A stretch of 64,000 bases of DNA from Somniosus microcephalus (Eukaryota), in NCBI GenBank assembly GCA_052327205.1, contig CM126204.1, positions 227,974,001 through 228,038,000 on the forward strand, written 5' to 3'. This document shows, piece by piece, positions 1 to 14,390 of this stretch. The notes under the pieces were generated by a model. That model was not told the origin of the DNA and searched no databases. It worked only from the letters and a program-made list of their open reading frames with translations. Each line of letters opens with the position of its first letter. Position 1 is the stretch's first letter. The position numbers and the translations under genes are program-made.

Positions 1-2530
1 TTTTTTTTTTTTTTTTTTTTTTAAATTGTGACATGGGACCTTACAGATTGCTCAGCCTTGTCTGATGAAAGGAATATCTTTTTACTTTGGCAGGTTTGGA
101 GTCCATACTCTTCTTGTGACTTGTGTAAATGCAAGGTTTCCAAACAGTAATCGATAACTAAATATCAGAGTTCTTCCAGAGTAAATAAGATATACTAAAC
201 ATTTATGACCATCTACAATTTCCTGTGTGTGGTTCTCTCTCCTTCCCGTCTATCTATCATCAGGTCTGTGGTCTCTTCCCTGATGTAGCTCTGTCAGTCC
301 CAGTTTTCCTGGTCCCTCCTTAAGTTCCTGTTTTTCTTGGTCTCTTGGTCTGGGAACAGTAATGCAGAGGCCTGGACTCATGATCCAGAGACGCAAGTTC
401 AAATCCCACCACGGCAGCTGGGGAATTTAAATTCAGTTACTTAAATAAATCTGGAATAAAAAGGTAGCATCAGTAATGGTGACCATGATACTATCAGATT
501 GTCGTAAAAACCTATCTGGTTCACTAATGTCCTTTAGGGAAGGAAATCTGCAGTCATTACTGGTCTGGCCTATATGTGGCTGCAGACCCACAGCAATGCG
601 GTTCACTGCCCTCTGAAATGGACAAGCCACTCAGTTGCACACAATCGCTAATTGAAAAACAATAATAAGAATAAAACCGGACAGACCACCCGGCATCGGC
701 TTCGGACACGACAACAGCTCACCCAGCCCAGTCGACCCTGTTCATTAACATCTGGGACCTGTGCCAAAACTGAGAGAGCTGTCCCACAGACTAGTCAAGC
801 AACAGCTTGGACACAGTCATACACACAGAATCATAACTTTCAGCCAATATCCCAGATTCCTCCATCACCATCCCTGGTTATGTCCCACCGGCAGGACAGG
901 CCCACCAGGGGTGGCGGCACAGTGGTATACAGTCAGGAGGGAGTGGCCCTGGGAGTCCTCAACATTGACTCCGGACCCCAAATCTCATGGCTTCAGGTCA
1001 AGCATGGGCAAGGAAACCTCCTGCTGATTACCACCTACCACCCTCCCTCAACTGATGAATCAGTACTCCTCCATGCTGAACACCACTTGGAAGAAGCACT
1101 GACAGTAGCAAGGACACAGAATATAATCTGGGTGGGGGACTTCAATGTCCATCACCAACAGTGGCTCAGTAGCACCACAACTGACTGAGCTGGCCGAGTC
1201 CTGAAGGACATAGTGGCCAGACTGGGCCTGCGGTAGGTGGACCTACACGAAGGAAAAACCGATTTCACTTTGTCCTCACCAATCTACCTGTCGTAGATGC
1301 ATATGTCCACAAGAGCATTGGTAGCAGTGATCACTGCACAGTCATTGTGGAGACGAAGTCTCATCTTCACAATGACGATCCACTCCATCGTGCTGTATGG
1401 TAATACCACGGTGTTAAATGAGATAGACCTGCAGCTTAAAACTGGGCATCCATGAGGCACTGTGGGCCAGCAGTAGCAGCAGATTGTATGCCACCATAAT
1501 CTGTAACCTCATGGCCCGGCATATCCCTCACTCTACCATTACCATCAAGCCAGGGGACCGACCCTGGTTCAATAAGGAGTGCAGAAGAGCATGCCAGGAA
1601 CAGCACCAGGCATACCTAAAGATGAGGTGCCAACCTGGTGAAGCTGCATCACAGGACTACATGCATGCTAAAAAGCAGATGCAGCATGCTATAGACAGAA
1701 TTAAGTGAACCCACAATCAACAGATCAGATCAAACCTCTGCAGTCCTGCCACATCCAATCGCGAATGGTGGTCGACCATTAAACAACTAACAGGAGAAGG
1801 AGGCTCTATGAATATCCCCATCCTCAATGATGGCAGAGCCCAGCACGCGAGTGCAAAAGACAAGGCTGAAGCTTTTGCAACCATCTTCAGTCAGAAGTGC
1901 AGAGTGCATGATGTACATCGGCCTCCTCCCGAGGTCCCCACCATCACAGAAGCCAGTCTTCAGCCAATTCGATTCACTCCACGTGATATCAAGAAACGGC
2001 TGAACGCACTGGATACAGCAAAGACTATGGGCCCCAACAACATCCTGGCTGATATGCTGAAGACTTGTGCTCCAGAACTAGCCGTGCCACTAGCCAAGCT
2101 GTTCCAGAACAGCTACAACACTGGCATCTATCCAACAATGTGGAAAACTGCCCAGGTATGTTCGATCCACAAAAAGGACAAATCCAATCGTCCAATTACC
2201 GCCCCATCAGTCTACTCACAATCATCAGCAAAGTGATGGAAGGTGTCGTCAACAGTGCTATCAAGCGGCATTTACTCACCAATAACCTGCTCACCGATGT
2301 TCAGTTTGGGTTCCACCATGACCACTCGGCTCCAGACCTCATTACAGCCTTGGTCCAAACATGGACAAAAGAGCTGAATTCCAGAGGTGAGGTGAGAGTG
2401 ACTGCCCTTGACATCAAGACAACATTTGGCCGACTGCGGCAACAAGGAGCCCTAGTAAAATTACAGTTAATGGGAATCGGGGAAAACTCTCCACTGGATG
2501 GAGTCCTACCTAGCACAAAGGAAGATGGTT

Positions 2531-3678
2531 TCCAAATTTGCAGACGACACAAAGCTGGGTGGGCGTGTGTGCTGTGAGGAGGATGCCGAGAAACTCCAGG
2601 ATGATTTGGACAGGTTGGGTGATTGGGCAGAAGCATGGCAGATGCAATATAACGTGGATAAATGTGAGGTTATCCACTTTGGTAGCAAAAACAGGAAGGC
2701 AGATTATTATCTGAATGGCAATAGATTGGGGGAAGGGGAAGTGCAACGAGACCTGGGTGTCCTTGTGCACCAATCGCTGAAGGTAAGCATGCAGGTGCAG
2801 CAGGCGGTTAAGAAGGCAAATGGTATGTTGACCTTCGTAGCGAGAGGGTTTGAGTACAGAAACAAGGATGTCTTACTACAGGTGTACAGGGCCTTGGTGA
2901 GACCACATCTTGAGTATTGTGTGCAGTTTTGGTCGCGTTATCGGAGGAAGGATGTTCTTGCCATGGAAGGAGTTCAGCGAAGATTCACCAGGCTGATACC
3001 TGGGATGGCAGGAATGACGTATGAGGAGAGACTGGATCGATTGGGCTTGTACTCGCTGGAGTTTAGAAGAATGAGAGGGGATCTCATCGAAATTTATAAA
3101 ATTCTAACAGGACTAGACAGACTAGATGCTGGAAGGATGTTCCCGATGGTCGGGGAGTCCAGAACCAGGGGTCACAGTCTAAGGATAAGGGGTAGGCCAT
3201 TTAGGACAGAAATGAGGAGGAATTTCTTCACCCAGAGAGTGGTGAACCTGTGGAATTCTATACCACAGAAGGCAGTAGAGGCCAATTCATTAAATATATT
3301 CAAGAAGGAGTTGGATATATTTCTCAAGGCTAAAGGGATCAAGGGGTATGGGGAGAAAGCAGGGACCGGGTACTGAATTTGGATGATCAGCCATGATCGC
3401 ATTGATGTGCGGGTTAGGTTGATTGGCTATGATAAAAATTGACCCTTAGTGTTAGGGGGGATTAAATACGTGGGGTTACAGGGATAGGGTGGGATATGTG
3501 TTGATGTAGGGGTTACAGGGATCGGGTGGGATATGTGTCGGTGCAGGCTCGATGGGCCGAAATGGCCTTTATCTGTACTGTGAGGTTTCTGTGATTTCTG
3601 TGAATGGCGGAGCAGGCTCGAGGGGCCGAATGGCCTACTCCTGCTCCTATCTTCTATGTTCTATGTTTCTATGTTTCT
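2531..3678 (+). mobile_element. 5'-truncated CR1 LINE nested in the LINE above
   Basis: KFADDTK...[11 protein letters not shown]...GYGEKAG; (TTCTATG)n-type tail; ATGGTT duplicated at 2525-2530 and 3679-3684; host ORF resumes after it. Confidence 0.92.
3403..3600 (+). mobile_element. 5'-truncated CR1-tailed SINE (HE1/V-SINE-like) inserted in the CR1 3' UTR
   Basis: Interrupts the CR1 tail sequence (gatcgcattga...tgaatggcgg), has its own CR1-like tail (gatgggccgaaatggcct...ttctgtgatttctg) and an internal ~35-bp tandem duplication. Confidence 0.6.
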
Positions 3679-5952
3679 ATGGTTGTGGTGGTTGGAGGTC
3701 AATCATCACAGCCCCAGGATATCGCTGCAGGAGTTCCTCAGGGCAGTGTCTTAGGCCCAACCATCTTCATCTGCTTCATGAATGACCTTCCCTCCACCAT
3801 CAGGTCAGAAGTGGGGATGTTCTCTGTGGGCCCGCCTGCTCGTCACGCATCCGGCGCAAGCCCACCTCTGACCCCATGTGGACGCTTCTGCTATTCCCTC
3901 GCTCATAAGTACCAGCTTGTCAGGAATGGCTGTCATCAAGTCAGGCCATGGCCAAAAGCAGTTTTGAAATTTAAGTCCTCCCAAAAGCCACAAAATGTGC
4001 TAAGCCTGAAAGCACCAGCTTTTGGGCCCAGCATGATTTACAATCAGCTCTTTGACCTGGGCCCCGTGTAAATGTCTGCCACGTCCAACTTCTGCAGCTC
4101 AGTGCTCACTACTTTTTTCCAGGCCCAAAGCCAACTATCCCATATGCCCCTATGTTTAATCTCACATAAGGAGAGAGAAATAAGAAGAGACACCAAAGGA
4201 GGGTTTATTTTTGTCCTTAATCGTCAAGCGTGGTCCTTGCATGTCAGCATGCTTTCCCACCTCCCCTTGTGGGGAAAGTACTACTCACTTACTTCATGGC
4301 TAAACGCCATCATTGGATCTTGCAGGCATGTACGCATGAGCTGAGCTCAGCTCTGGGTAATGTCTGAATTTCCTCTCCTCTCTGGAACACAAACTGAAAG
4401 ATAACACAATGCACTGCAAACAATTTTGGAGTGAGAGAACAAATCACCCCCTCTCTGCCCCTCCCCACCCCCCTCAGGATCTATACACATGAGACCAGTC
4501 ATCAAAATGCATCAGTGAAAAGATGGCTGGTGTGGGAAATGAAATGTTGCACTGCAAACTCAGCTCTGACAGCACCAACACATAGAGGCTGCAGTCACCA
4601 CTTAGAGAGCTGTGGGGAGAAAAAAAAAGCCTTTTGGGCTCAGCAAGACTGCTTCTAACCTACCATGGACTTGAGCCCATCCCTTTAATCTCCTGAAGAG
4701 AAACTCTGGCTGACATCGCTACTGCTCACCCCCAACGTAATAAGTAAAAATCAGAGTCCATACTGGGAACTCCCCAGTTGGGAAAGTTACAAAAATGTCT
4801 TAGTTTTAAAATCCCTACTGTCAGAGCACAGTTTCGAATAGTGCCATGTTGGCAAATTATTTTATTAAAGCTTTGCTTCAAATGTGACACAGATGGTCTG
4901 TGAAACAAATTGGACACTGCTGCTTATCTCTCTCGCCCTCTCTCTTCAGTTCTGAGAAACTGAACCAGAACAATGTATGCACTAGAATACTACCAAAGCG
5001 CTGAGTTGATAGGCCGAGTAACTGGTTTACCATGACACATCTTCCAACATTTGCTTGATGGAAAAGCACAAGGGCAACTTTGTGCGTGTTCATTCAGAGG
5101 AAAAATGCCTCAATAAAGCTGAGCAGAAACAATCTCAAAACTTATAGTGCCTAACTCAAAGCTGAGGCCATCGAGTCCGTACATGTATATATTATCGAAT
5201 TATTTGAAAGCAATTTTCTTTGAATATCTAGACCTATCACTCGAAGAACACACAAAGACATGACAGTGTTGAACAAGTGAACTCTTGTTTAAGTTTTGTA
5301 TCTGTTCAACTTCCAATTATTGTCCAATCTCACCTCTCTGAAGCTGCCAATAAAAATTATACTTCGTGCCACTTAAAATCTATTTTCTTGATGGTGTTTC
5401 TAGTTGCTGGCCTGACATGTCATTATACAGGCCTAACAATGCACTCTGCCTCTTGCACTTGGTTCCCATGTGTATGTAGCCTGCACCGCATTATTTTCCT
5501 AATTGCTACATGCCGTTTGTTTTTAAACTCTGCTTTGAATTCAAGAGTGACTGTCGACACAATGAACTGGACAGGAGAGCAATGGCCACAAATTGGGGAA
5601 AACCTCAGTATAACGGCACACCCAAGTCATGAGCAAATACCACAGCTAAACGTCCAAACTATTAACTAGTTGAGTGTCAAGGATTCTCTGCTACCACATG
5701 TACGAAATTCACTGAAGGAGTGTATCTGACTGCACATTCATGAGTCCGTGCACTCTACAGTTTAAGACCATTTCCTGCATGCCTTCACTGAAATCTTAGC
5801 CTATTCTCCTCCATGGAGACTGCAAATTATTACCTCATGTCATTAGTTTACACCAAGAAGATTGGCCGTGGCACTGCTTGCAGTCAGTAGGACAATATGC
5901 TGTTTCTAACAGCAGGAGCATTACATAATGAAACACATAATGACTATCACGG

Positions 5953-6051
5953 AATAACAACAGAAAATGCTGGAAAAACTCAGCAGGCCAGGCAACATCC
6001 GTGGAGAGAAATTAGAGTCAATGTTTCGGGTCAAAACCCTTTATCAAGACT
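5953..6051 (-). mobile_element. Penelope-like element terminal fragment with degenerate hammerhead motif
   Basis: Near identical to 54235-54335; hammerhead core mutated to TTGATAA. Confidence 0.7.
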
Positions 6052-6435
6052 ATCACGGGGATTGTTTAGGTAATGATAACCCTTTGCTAATTTACAAGCT
6101 GACAATCTAAAGCATCAGGAGACCAGTCAACAGCTCCTTCCCGATTGCTGTTTCAGAGGCAAACGTCCCTCAATCTCACCAGTTAGCTTCCACGTGGTCT
6201 CGAAAGATGTAAGAGGTACAAAGGAACTGCCTTGAAGGAAGCCAAAGTGGAGCTGCCTTTAATCTGACCTTTTAAGGTCACCAAAGGAAAATGGAGCTGA
6301 GACGAACTTTAACCTCTGCCTGTTCAAATGTTGCCTGTGAGGAAGTGGTCTAAATAGACTCAAAAAGGTGGGCAATTTATGATAAAATAAAATTGGGATG
6401 CGCATGACCAAACCATGAACATACTTACCAAAAGG

Positions 6436-6727
6436 TGTCAGCCTTGGCTTAAGTGGGTAGCACTGTTGCCTCTCACTCAGAGGATCTTGGGTTCAAGCTC
6501 TAATCCAAAGACTAGAGCACATAATCTAGGCTGACACTCCACTGCAGTACTGAGGGAGCACTACACTGTCAGGGGTGCAGTCTTTCAAATGAGACGTTAA
6601 ACCGAGGCCCCGTCTGCCCTTTCCGGTGGATGTAAAAGACACCATGGCAGTATTTGAAGAGGAGCCAGGGAGTTCTCCCCAGTGTGCTGGCCAATATTTA
6701 TCCTTTAATCAACATCACTAAAACAGG
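6436..6727 (+). mobile_element. tRNA-derived Deu-domain SINE (SacSINE1/AmnSINE-like)
   Basis: A/B-box-like head (tggcttaagtggg, ggttcaagct) followed by Deu-like core (tgagacgttaaaccgaggccccgtctgccc...ggatgtaaaaga). Confidence 0.7.
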
Positions 6728-6844
6728 TCACCCGACAGAAAGCAATGAACAAACAGCACAGCGGGTTCCAATGCTTTTCATGATCGAGTTGAAGTCAGAT
6801 GTTCTGGCGTTTTATTTCACAGGCAACAGCAATTTTTTTTAATT

Positions 6845-7857
6845 TTTTTATTCGCTTATGGGATGTGGGCGTCGCTAACAAGGCCAGCATTTATTGCCCA
6901 TCCCTAGTTGCTCTTGAGAAAGTGGTGGTGAGCCGCCTTCTTGAACCGCTGCAGTCCATGTGACGAAGGTACTCCCACAGTGCTTTTAGGTAGGGAGTTT
7001 CAGGATTTTGACCCAGTGACGATGAAGGATCGGTGATATACTTGTAAGTCAGGATGGTGTGTGACTTGGAGGTGGTGGTGTTCCCATGCGCCTGCTGCCC
7101 TTGTCCTTCTAGGTGGAAGAGGTCGTGAGTTTGGGAGGTGCTACCCAAGAAGCCTTGGTGAGTTGCTGCAGTGCATCTTGTAGATGGTACACACTGCAGC
7201 CACGGTACGCCGGTGGTGGAGGGAGTGAATGTTTAAGGTGGTGGAAGGGGTGCCAATCAAGCGGGCTGCTTTGTCCTGGATGGTGTCGAGCTTCTTGAGT
7301 GTTGTTGGAGCTGCACTCATCCAGGCAAGTGGAGAGTATTCCATCACACTTCTGACTTGTGCCTTGTAGATGGTGGAAAGGCTTTGGGGAGTCAGGAGGC
7401 GAGACACTCGCCGCAGAATACCCAGCCTCTGACCTGCTGTTGTTGCGACAGTATTTCTGTGGCTGGTCCAGTTAAGGTTCTGGTCAATGGTGACCCCGAA
7501 GAGGTTAATGGTGGGGGATTCGGTGATGGTAATGCCGTTGAATGTCAAGGGGAGGTGGTTAGACTCTCGCTTGTTGGAGATAGTCATTGCCTGGAACTTC
7601 TGTGGTGCAAATGTTACATGCCACTTATCAGCCCAAGCCTGAACGTCATCCAGGTCTTCTTGCATGCGGGCATGGACTGCTTCATTATCTGAAGAGTTGT
7701 GAATGGCGCTGAACACTGTGCAGTCATCAGCGAACATCCTTATTTCTGACCTTATGTTGGTGGGAAGGTCATTGATGAAGCAGCTGAAGATTGTTGGGCC
7801 TAGGACACTGCCCTGAGGAACTCCTGCAGCGATGTCCTGGGGCTGAGATGATTGACC
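6845..7857 (-). mobile_element. 5'-truncated copy 3 of the single-ORF LINE
   Basis: ORF 7141-7902 has [10 protein letters not shown] and FADD; 3' tail gacgcccacatcccataagcgaataaaa matches the tail at ~14357-14388. Confidence 0.92.
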
Positions 7858-8780
7858 AAATGCAGTATGAACAATGATTATAACTGGATTACAAAGTTCC
7901 AACCTAGAAACTGAGAGGATGTTTATGACCTGTTATCATTTTCAATGTCCTACAAGTAGGTTTTTTTTTTAAAAACTCAATTTCATGTTTTCAATACTTA
8001 ACGTTCAGTGGTAGTATTCGAAAATATTGTTCCAAACTTGAAAATTACAGTTCAGGAAGGAAAACAAGTAAGGGCCGATGCTCCATTACTGAGGGTCACA
8101 CGTTTTAAAATGTTATGTTCTGAATGAATATTCAGACCAGCTCCTTAAGGGTTGTAATAAATAGTTGCTGAGATTGCACCTCTGTAAATATTTTTTTTAA
8201 CCTTAAACCAAGCAAATGGGATACAGGTTACAAATGGGATTAAAATCTTAGAGAAAGGTGACAGCCACTTCACGTAAAACACACAGGAGGCATGAGAGAA
8301 GTTTCCATGTTTAAATAATGCAATGAAAGAAACCATATAAGCAAGATAACTATTTCACAACAGGAATAACGGAGAATCTACAGAACCAAAGAAAACCATT
8401 CGGTCCACTTGGTCGGCCTCAGAGTTCAAAAATCAGAATATACCGATCACTACTTCTATCCCTCAATCAACTATCCTCACCTAATTTCTGTCCAACTCCC
8501 TCCTAAAATTAATCATGTTAGCAGCCTTCAATGTTTCAATCGCTTCCTTATCAGTAATTACAGTTGTCCTTAAAATTTCTCCCTCCTTTCCTCAAAAACA
8601 ACCAAAACTTCCAGGAGAGAGTCAGCATAAGCTTCCATGAACACAGATGCAAAGAAATGGTTCAGGATATGCACTACTTTTCAGTTGCTCAATACCACAT
8701 CCCCATCAGTGCTCTTCAGAGACACTGCTTCATTGGCAGTCTCTCGCTTGTGGGATAAATTCCACATCTAAGTTTGCAAA

Positions 8781-11700
8781 TGGGAACGGTAGCGTAGTGT
8801 TAATGTCACTGGGCTAGTAGTCCAGAGGCCTGGACTAATGATCCAGAGACACGAGTTCAAATCCCACCACGGCAGCTGGGGAATTTAAATTCAGTTAATT
8901 AAATAAATCTGGAATAAAAAGCTAGTATCAGTAATGGTAACCATGAAAATTGATGTAAAAACCCATCTGGTTCACTAATGTCCTTTAGGGAAGGAAATCT
9001 GTCGTCCTTACCTAGTCTGGCCTATGTGACCCCAGACACACAGCAATGTGGTTGACTCTTAACTGCCCTCTGAAATGGCCTAGCAAGCCACTCGGTTGCA
9101 ACAAACCGCTACGAAACACAATAATAAGAATAAAACCAGACGGACCACCCAGCATCGACCTCGGCACCGGCAACGGACATGGCAACGGCACACCCAGCCC
9201 AGTTAAGTCCAAAATTGAGAGAGCTGTCCCACAGACTAGTCAAGCACAGTCATACGCACAGAATCATATCTTTCAGCCAAGGTCCCAAACTCCTCCATCA
9301 CCATCCCTGGGTATGTTTGTCCCACCGGCAGGACAGGCCCACCAGGGGTGGTGGCACAGTGGTATACAGTCGGGAAGGAGTGGCCCTGGGAGTCCTCAAC
9401 ATTGACTCCGGACCCCACGAAGTCTCATGGCTTCAGGTCAAGCAAGGAAACCTCCTGCTGATTACCACCTACCGCCCTCCCTCAGCTGATGAATCAGTAC
9501 TCCTCCATGTTAAACACCACTTGGAAGAAGCACTGAGGGTAGCAAGTGCACAGAATGTACTCTGGGTGGGGGACGTCAATGTCCATCACCAAGAGTGGCT
9601 CGGTAGCACCACTACTGACCGAGCTGGCCGAGTATTGAAGGACATAGCTGCCAGTCTGGGCCTGCGACAGGTGGTGAGAGAACCAACGAGGGAAAAACCT
9701 ACTTGACCTCATCCTCACCAATCTACCTGTCGCAGATGCATCTGTCCATGACAGTATTGGTAGCAGTGACCACTGCACAGTCATTGCGGAGACGAAGTCC
9801 CGTCTTCACACTAAGGACACCCACCATCGTGTTGTGTGGCACTACCACTGTGCTAAATGGGATAGATTCAGAACAGGTCTAGCAGCTCAAAACTGGGTAT
9901 CCATGAGGCGGTGTGAGCCATCAGCAGCATCAGGATTGTATTCCACCACAATCTGTAAACTCATGGCACGACATATCCTTCACTCTACCATTACCATCAA
10001 GCCAGGGGACCAACCCTGGTTCAATAAGGAGTGTAGAAGAGCATGCCAGGAGCAGCACCAGGCGTACCTAAAAATGAGGTGCCAACTTGGGGAATTTGCA
10101 ATACAGGACTACATGCATGCTAAAAAGCAGAAGCAGCATGCTATAGACAGGGCTATGCGATCCCACAATCAACGGATTAGATCAAAGTCCTGCCACATCC
10201 AGTCGTGAATGGTGGTGGACCATTAAACAACTAATGGGAGGAGGAGGCTCCATGAATATCCCCATCCTCAATGATGGTGGAGCCCGGCACATGAGTGCAA
10301 AAGACAAAGCTAAAGCGTTTGAACCATCTTCAGCCAGAGTGCCGAGTGGATGATCCATATCGGCCTACTCCCGAGTTCCCCACCATCACAGAAGCCAGTC
10401 TTCAGCCAATATGATTCACTCCACGTGATATCAAGAAATGGCTCAGCGCACTGGATACAGCAAAGGCTATGGGCCCGGACAACATCCCGGCTATCGTGCT
10501 GAAGACTTGTGCTCCAGAACTAGCCGCGCCTCTAGCCAAACTGTTCCAGTGCAGCTACAACACTGGCATCTATCTGACATGTGGAAAACTGCCCAGGTAT
10601 GCCCTGTCCACAAAAAGCAGGACAAATCCAATCCAGCCAATTACCGCCCCATCAGTCTACTCTCAATCATCAGCAAAGTGATGGAAGGGGTCATCGACAG
10701 TGCTATCAAGCAGCACTTACTCATCAATGACATGCTCACTGATGCCCAGGTTGGGTTCTGCCAAGACCACTCGGCTCCCGGCCTCATTACAGCCTTGGTC
10801 CAAACATGGACAAAAGAGCTGAATTCCAGAGGTGAGGTGAGAGTGACTGCCCTTGACATCAAGGCAGCATTTGTCCGAGTGTGGTATCAAGGAGCCCTAG
10901 TAAAATGGAAATCAATGGGAATCGGGGGGAAAACTCTCCACTGGCTGGAGTCGTACCGAACACAAAGGAAGATGGATGTGGTGGTTGGTGGTCAACCATC
11001 ACAACCCCAGGACATCGCTGCAGGAGTTCCTCAGGGCAGTGTCCTAGGCCCAACCATCTTCAGCTGCTTCATCAATGACCTTCCCTCCAACATAAGGTCA
11101 GAAATGGGGATGTTCGCTGATGACTGCAGAGTGTTCTGTGCCATTCGCAACTCCTCAGATAATGAAGCAGTCCATGCCCGCATGCAACAAGACCTAGACG
11201 ACGTTCAGGCTTGGGCTAAGTGGCAGGTAACATTTGCGCCACACAGGTGCCAGGCAATGACTATCTCCAACAAGCAAGAGTCTAAACACCGCCCCTTGAC
11301 ATTCAATGGCATTACCATCACCGAATCCCCCACCATCAACATCCTGGGGGGTCACCACTGACCAGAAACTGAACTGGACCAGCCACATAAACACTGTGGC
11401 AACAACAGCAGCACAGAGGCTAGGTATTCTGTGGCGAGTATCTCACCTCCCGACTCCCCAAAGACTTTCTACCATCTACAAGGCACAAGTAAGGAGTGTG
11501 ATGGAATACTCTCCACTTGTCTGGATGAGTGCAGCTCCAACAAGACTCAAGAAGCTTGACACCATACAGGACAAAGCAGCCCGCTTGATTGGCACCCCAT
11601 CTACCACCTTAAAACATTCACTCTACATATTGACTGGGCAAATCAAATTACCACTAATGGTGTGGAGGACGAATTCTTGGAATGCATGCGAGATGGTTTC

Positions 11701-14390
11701 CTGGATCAGTATGTGGAGGAACCAACCAGGGAACTGGCTATTCTGGATCTGGTACTGTGTAATGAAAAAGGGTTAATCAATAATCTTGTGGTAAAGGGGC
11801 CTTTAGGGACAAGTGACCAAAATATGACTGAATTTTACATTAAGTTTGAGAGTGATGTAGTCCAATCTGAAACTAAGGTCTTCAATCGAAACAAAGGAAA
11901 CTACAAGGATATGAGGGACAAGTTGGCCATGGTAGATTGGGAGACTACACTAAAAGTTATGAAGGTGGACATACAATGGTTAACATTCAAGGAAATAATG
12001 CATAATTTGCAACAAACATATATTCCTCTAGGGCATAAAAACCCTTAAGGAAAAGTGATCCAACCATGGCTAACAAAGGAAATTAAAGCTAGTATTAAGT
12101 CAAAGGAGGAAGCTTATAAAGTTGCCAGAAAAGCAGTCAGCCTGAGGATTGGGATCTTTTTAAAAATCAGCAAAGGGGGAGCAAGAAATTGATAAAGGGA
12201 AAATGGAATATGAGCACAAACTAGTGAAAAATATAAAAACAGATTGTAAAAGCTTCTATAGGTATGTGAAAAAGAAAAGACTGGCGAAGGTAAATGTCGG
12301 TCCTTTACAGTCAGAGATGGGAGAATTTATAATGGGGAATGAGGAAATGGCGGAGAAATTAAATAAATACTTTGCTTCTGTCTTCACGGAGGAAGACACA
12401 AAAACCTCCCAGAAATACGAGAAAACCAAGGGTGTGGCGAGAACCAGGAACTTAAGGAAATTATTATTAGTAAAACAATAGTACTAGCAAAATTAATGGG
12501 ACTAAAAGTCGATAAATCTCAAGGACCGGATGACCTACATCCTAGGGTTTTGAAAGAGGTGGCCATTGGGATAGCGGACGCATTGGTTGTCATCTTCCAA
12601 AATTCTATAGATTCTGGAACGGTTCCTGCAGATTGGAGGATAGCAAATGTAAACCCGCTATTTAAGAAAGGAGGGAGAGAGAAAACGGGGAACTACAGAC
12701 CTGTTAGCCTCACATCAGTAGTTGGGAAAATGCTGGAATCTATTATAAAGGATGCAATAACTGGGCACTTAGAAACTAATAGTAAGATTGGGCAGAGTCA
12801 ACATGAATTTATGAAAGGGAAATCCTGTTTAACAAACCTATTGGAGTTCTTCGAGGATGTAACTAGTGGAGTAGACAAAGGAGAACCTGTAGATGTGGTG
12901 TATTTGGATTTTCGGAAGGCCTTTGATAAGGTCCCACACAAGAGGTTGGCGAACAAAATTAGGGCACATGGAAATGGGGGTAATATACTAGCATGGATTG
13001 AGAATTGGTTAACAGACAGAAAACAAAGAGTAGGGATAAACGGGTCTTATTCAGGATGGCAGGCTGTGACTAGTGGGGTACCGCAAGAATCAGTGCTTGG
13101 GCCCCAGCTAGCCACAATCTATATCAATGATTTGGATGAGGGGACTAAATGTAACATTTCCAAATTTGCTGATGATACAAAGCTAGGTGACAGCGTCAGT
13201 TGTGAAGAGGATGTGAAGGGGTTTCAAGGGGATCTCGACAGGCTCACTGAGTGGGCGAGAACATGGCAGATGGAATATAATGTGGATAAATGTGGAGTTA
13301 TCCACTTTGGCAGAAAAAACAGAAAGGCAGAGTATTTCCTAAATGGTGAAAGATTGGGGAATGCAGATGCTCAAAGGGACCTGGGTGTCCTTGTACATGA
13401 GTCACTGAAGTTGAATGTGCAGATGCAGCAAGCCATTAGGAAGGCAAATGGTATGCTGGCCTCCATTACAAGAGGATTTGAGTATATAGGGCCTTGGTGA
13501 GACCACACCTGGAGTACTGTGTACAATTTTGGTGGTCTTACCATAGAGGGAGTGCAACAAAGGTTCACGAGATTGATTCCTGGGATGGCAGGACTGTCGT
13601 ATGAGAAGAGATTGAGTAAACTAGGCCTGTATTCTCTTGAATTCAGAAGAATGAGAGGGGATCTCATTGAAGCATACAAAATTATTACAGGGCTTCATAG
13701 GGTGGATGCTGGGAGAATGTTTCCCTTGGCTGGGGAGTCTAGAACCAGGGGCCACAGCCTCAGGATAAAGGGTAGGCCATTCAGGACTGAGATGAGAAGA
13801 AATGTCTTCACACAGAGGGTGGTGAATCTTTGTAATTCTCTACCCCATGGGGCTGTGGAGGCTCAGTCATTGGGTATATTCAAAACAGAAGTCGATAGAT
13901 TTCTGACTGGTAAGGGCATCAAGGGATATGGCGATAGGGCCGGTGAATGGAGTTGAGGCAAAATGGCCTACTCCTGCTCCTATTTCTTATGTTCTCCCTC
14001 CACCACCGGCGTACCGTGGCTGCAGTGTGTACCAACTACAAGATGCACTGTAACAACTCGCCAAGGCTTCTTCAGCAGCACCTCCCAAACCCGCGACCTC
14101 TTCCACCTAGAAGGACAAGGGCAGCAGGCGCATGGGAATACCACCACCTGCAAGTTCCCCTCCAAGTCACACACCATCCTGACTTAGAAGTATCTCGCCG
14201 ATCCTTCATCGTCGCTGGGTCAAAATCCTGGAAGTCCCTACCTAGCAGCACTGTGGGAGTACCTTCACAACACCGACTACAGCGGTTCAAGAAGGCAGCT
14301 CACCACCATCTTCTCGAGGGCAATTAGGGATGGGCAATAAATGCTGGCCTTGCCAGCGACGCCCACATCCCACGAACGAATAAAATAAAA
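8781..14390 (+). mobile_element. Full-length degraded copy 2 of the single-ORF LINE with tRNA-like 5' head, interrupted by a CR1
   Basis: A box tagcgtagtgtt and B box gagttcaaatccc at the 5' end; EN and RT in shifted frames 9179-11620; C-terminus resumes at ~13994; tail ending gaataaaataaaa. Confidence 0.9.
11624..13993 (+). mobile_element. 5'-truncated CR1 LINE nested in LINE copy 2
   Basis: ORFs 11662-13956 ([27 protein letters not shown]); tail ctcctgctcctatttcttatgtt; host sequence cattcactc|cctccacc is split. Confidence 0.92.

Larger units (their letters stand above)
358..3822 (+). mobile_element. Degraded single-ORF non-LTR retrotransposon (CR1/L2 group), copy 1, 3'-truncated, interrupted by a CR1
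   Basis: APE endonuclease fragments (GGGTVVY, GDFNVH), RT fragments ([18 protein letters not shown]); 5' region matches the 5' region of copy 2 (~8800-9200). Confidence 0.9.

Noticed and set aside
8781-8870. tRNA gene
   Set aside because: A/B boxes belong to a repeated retroelement head; no cloverleaf evident
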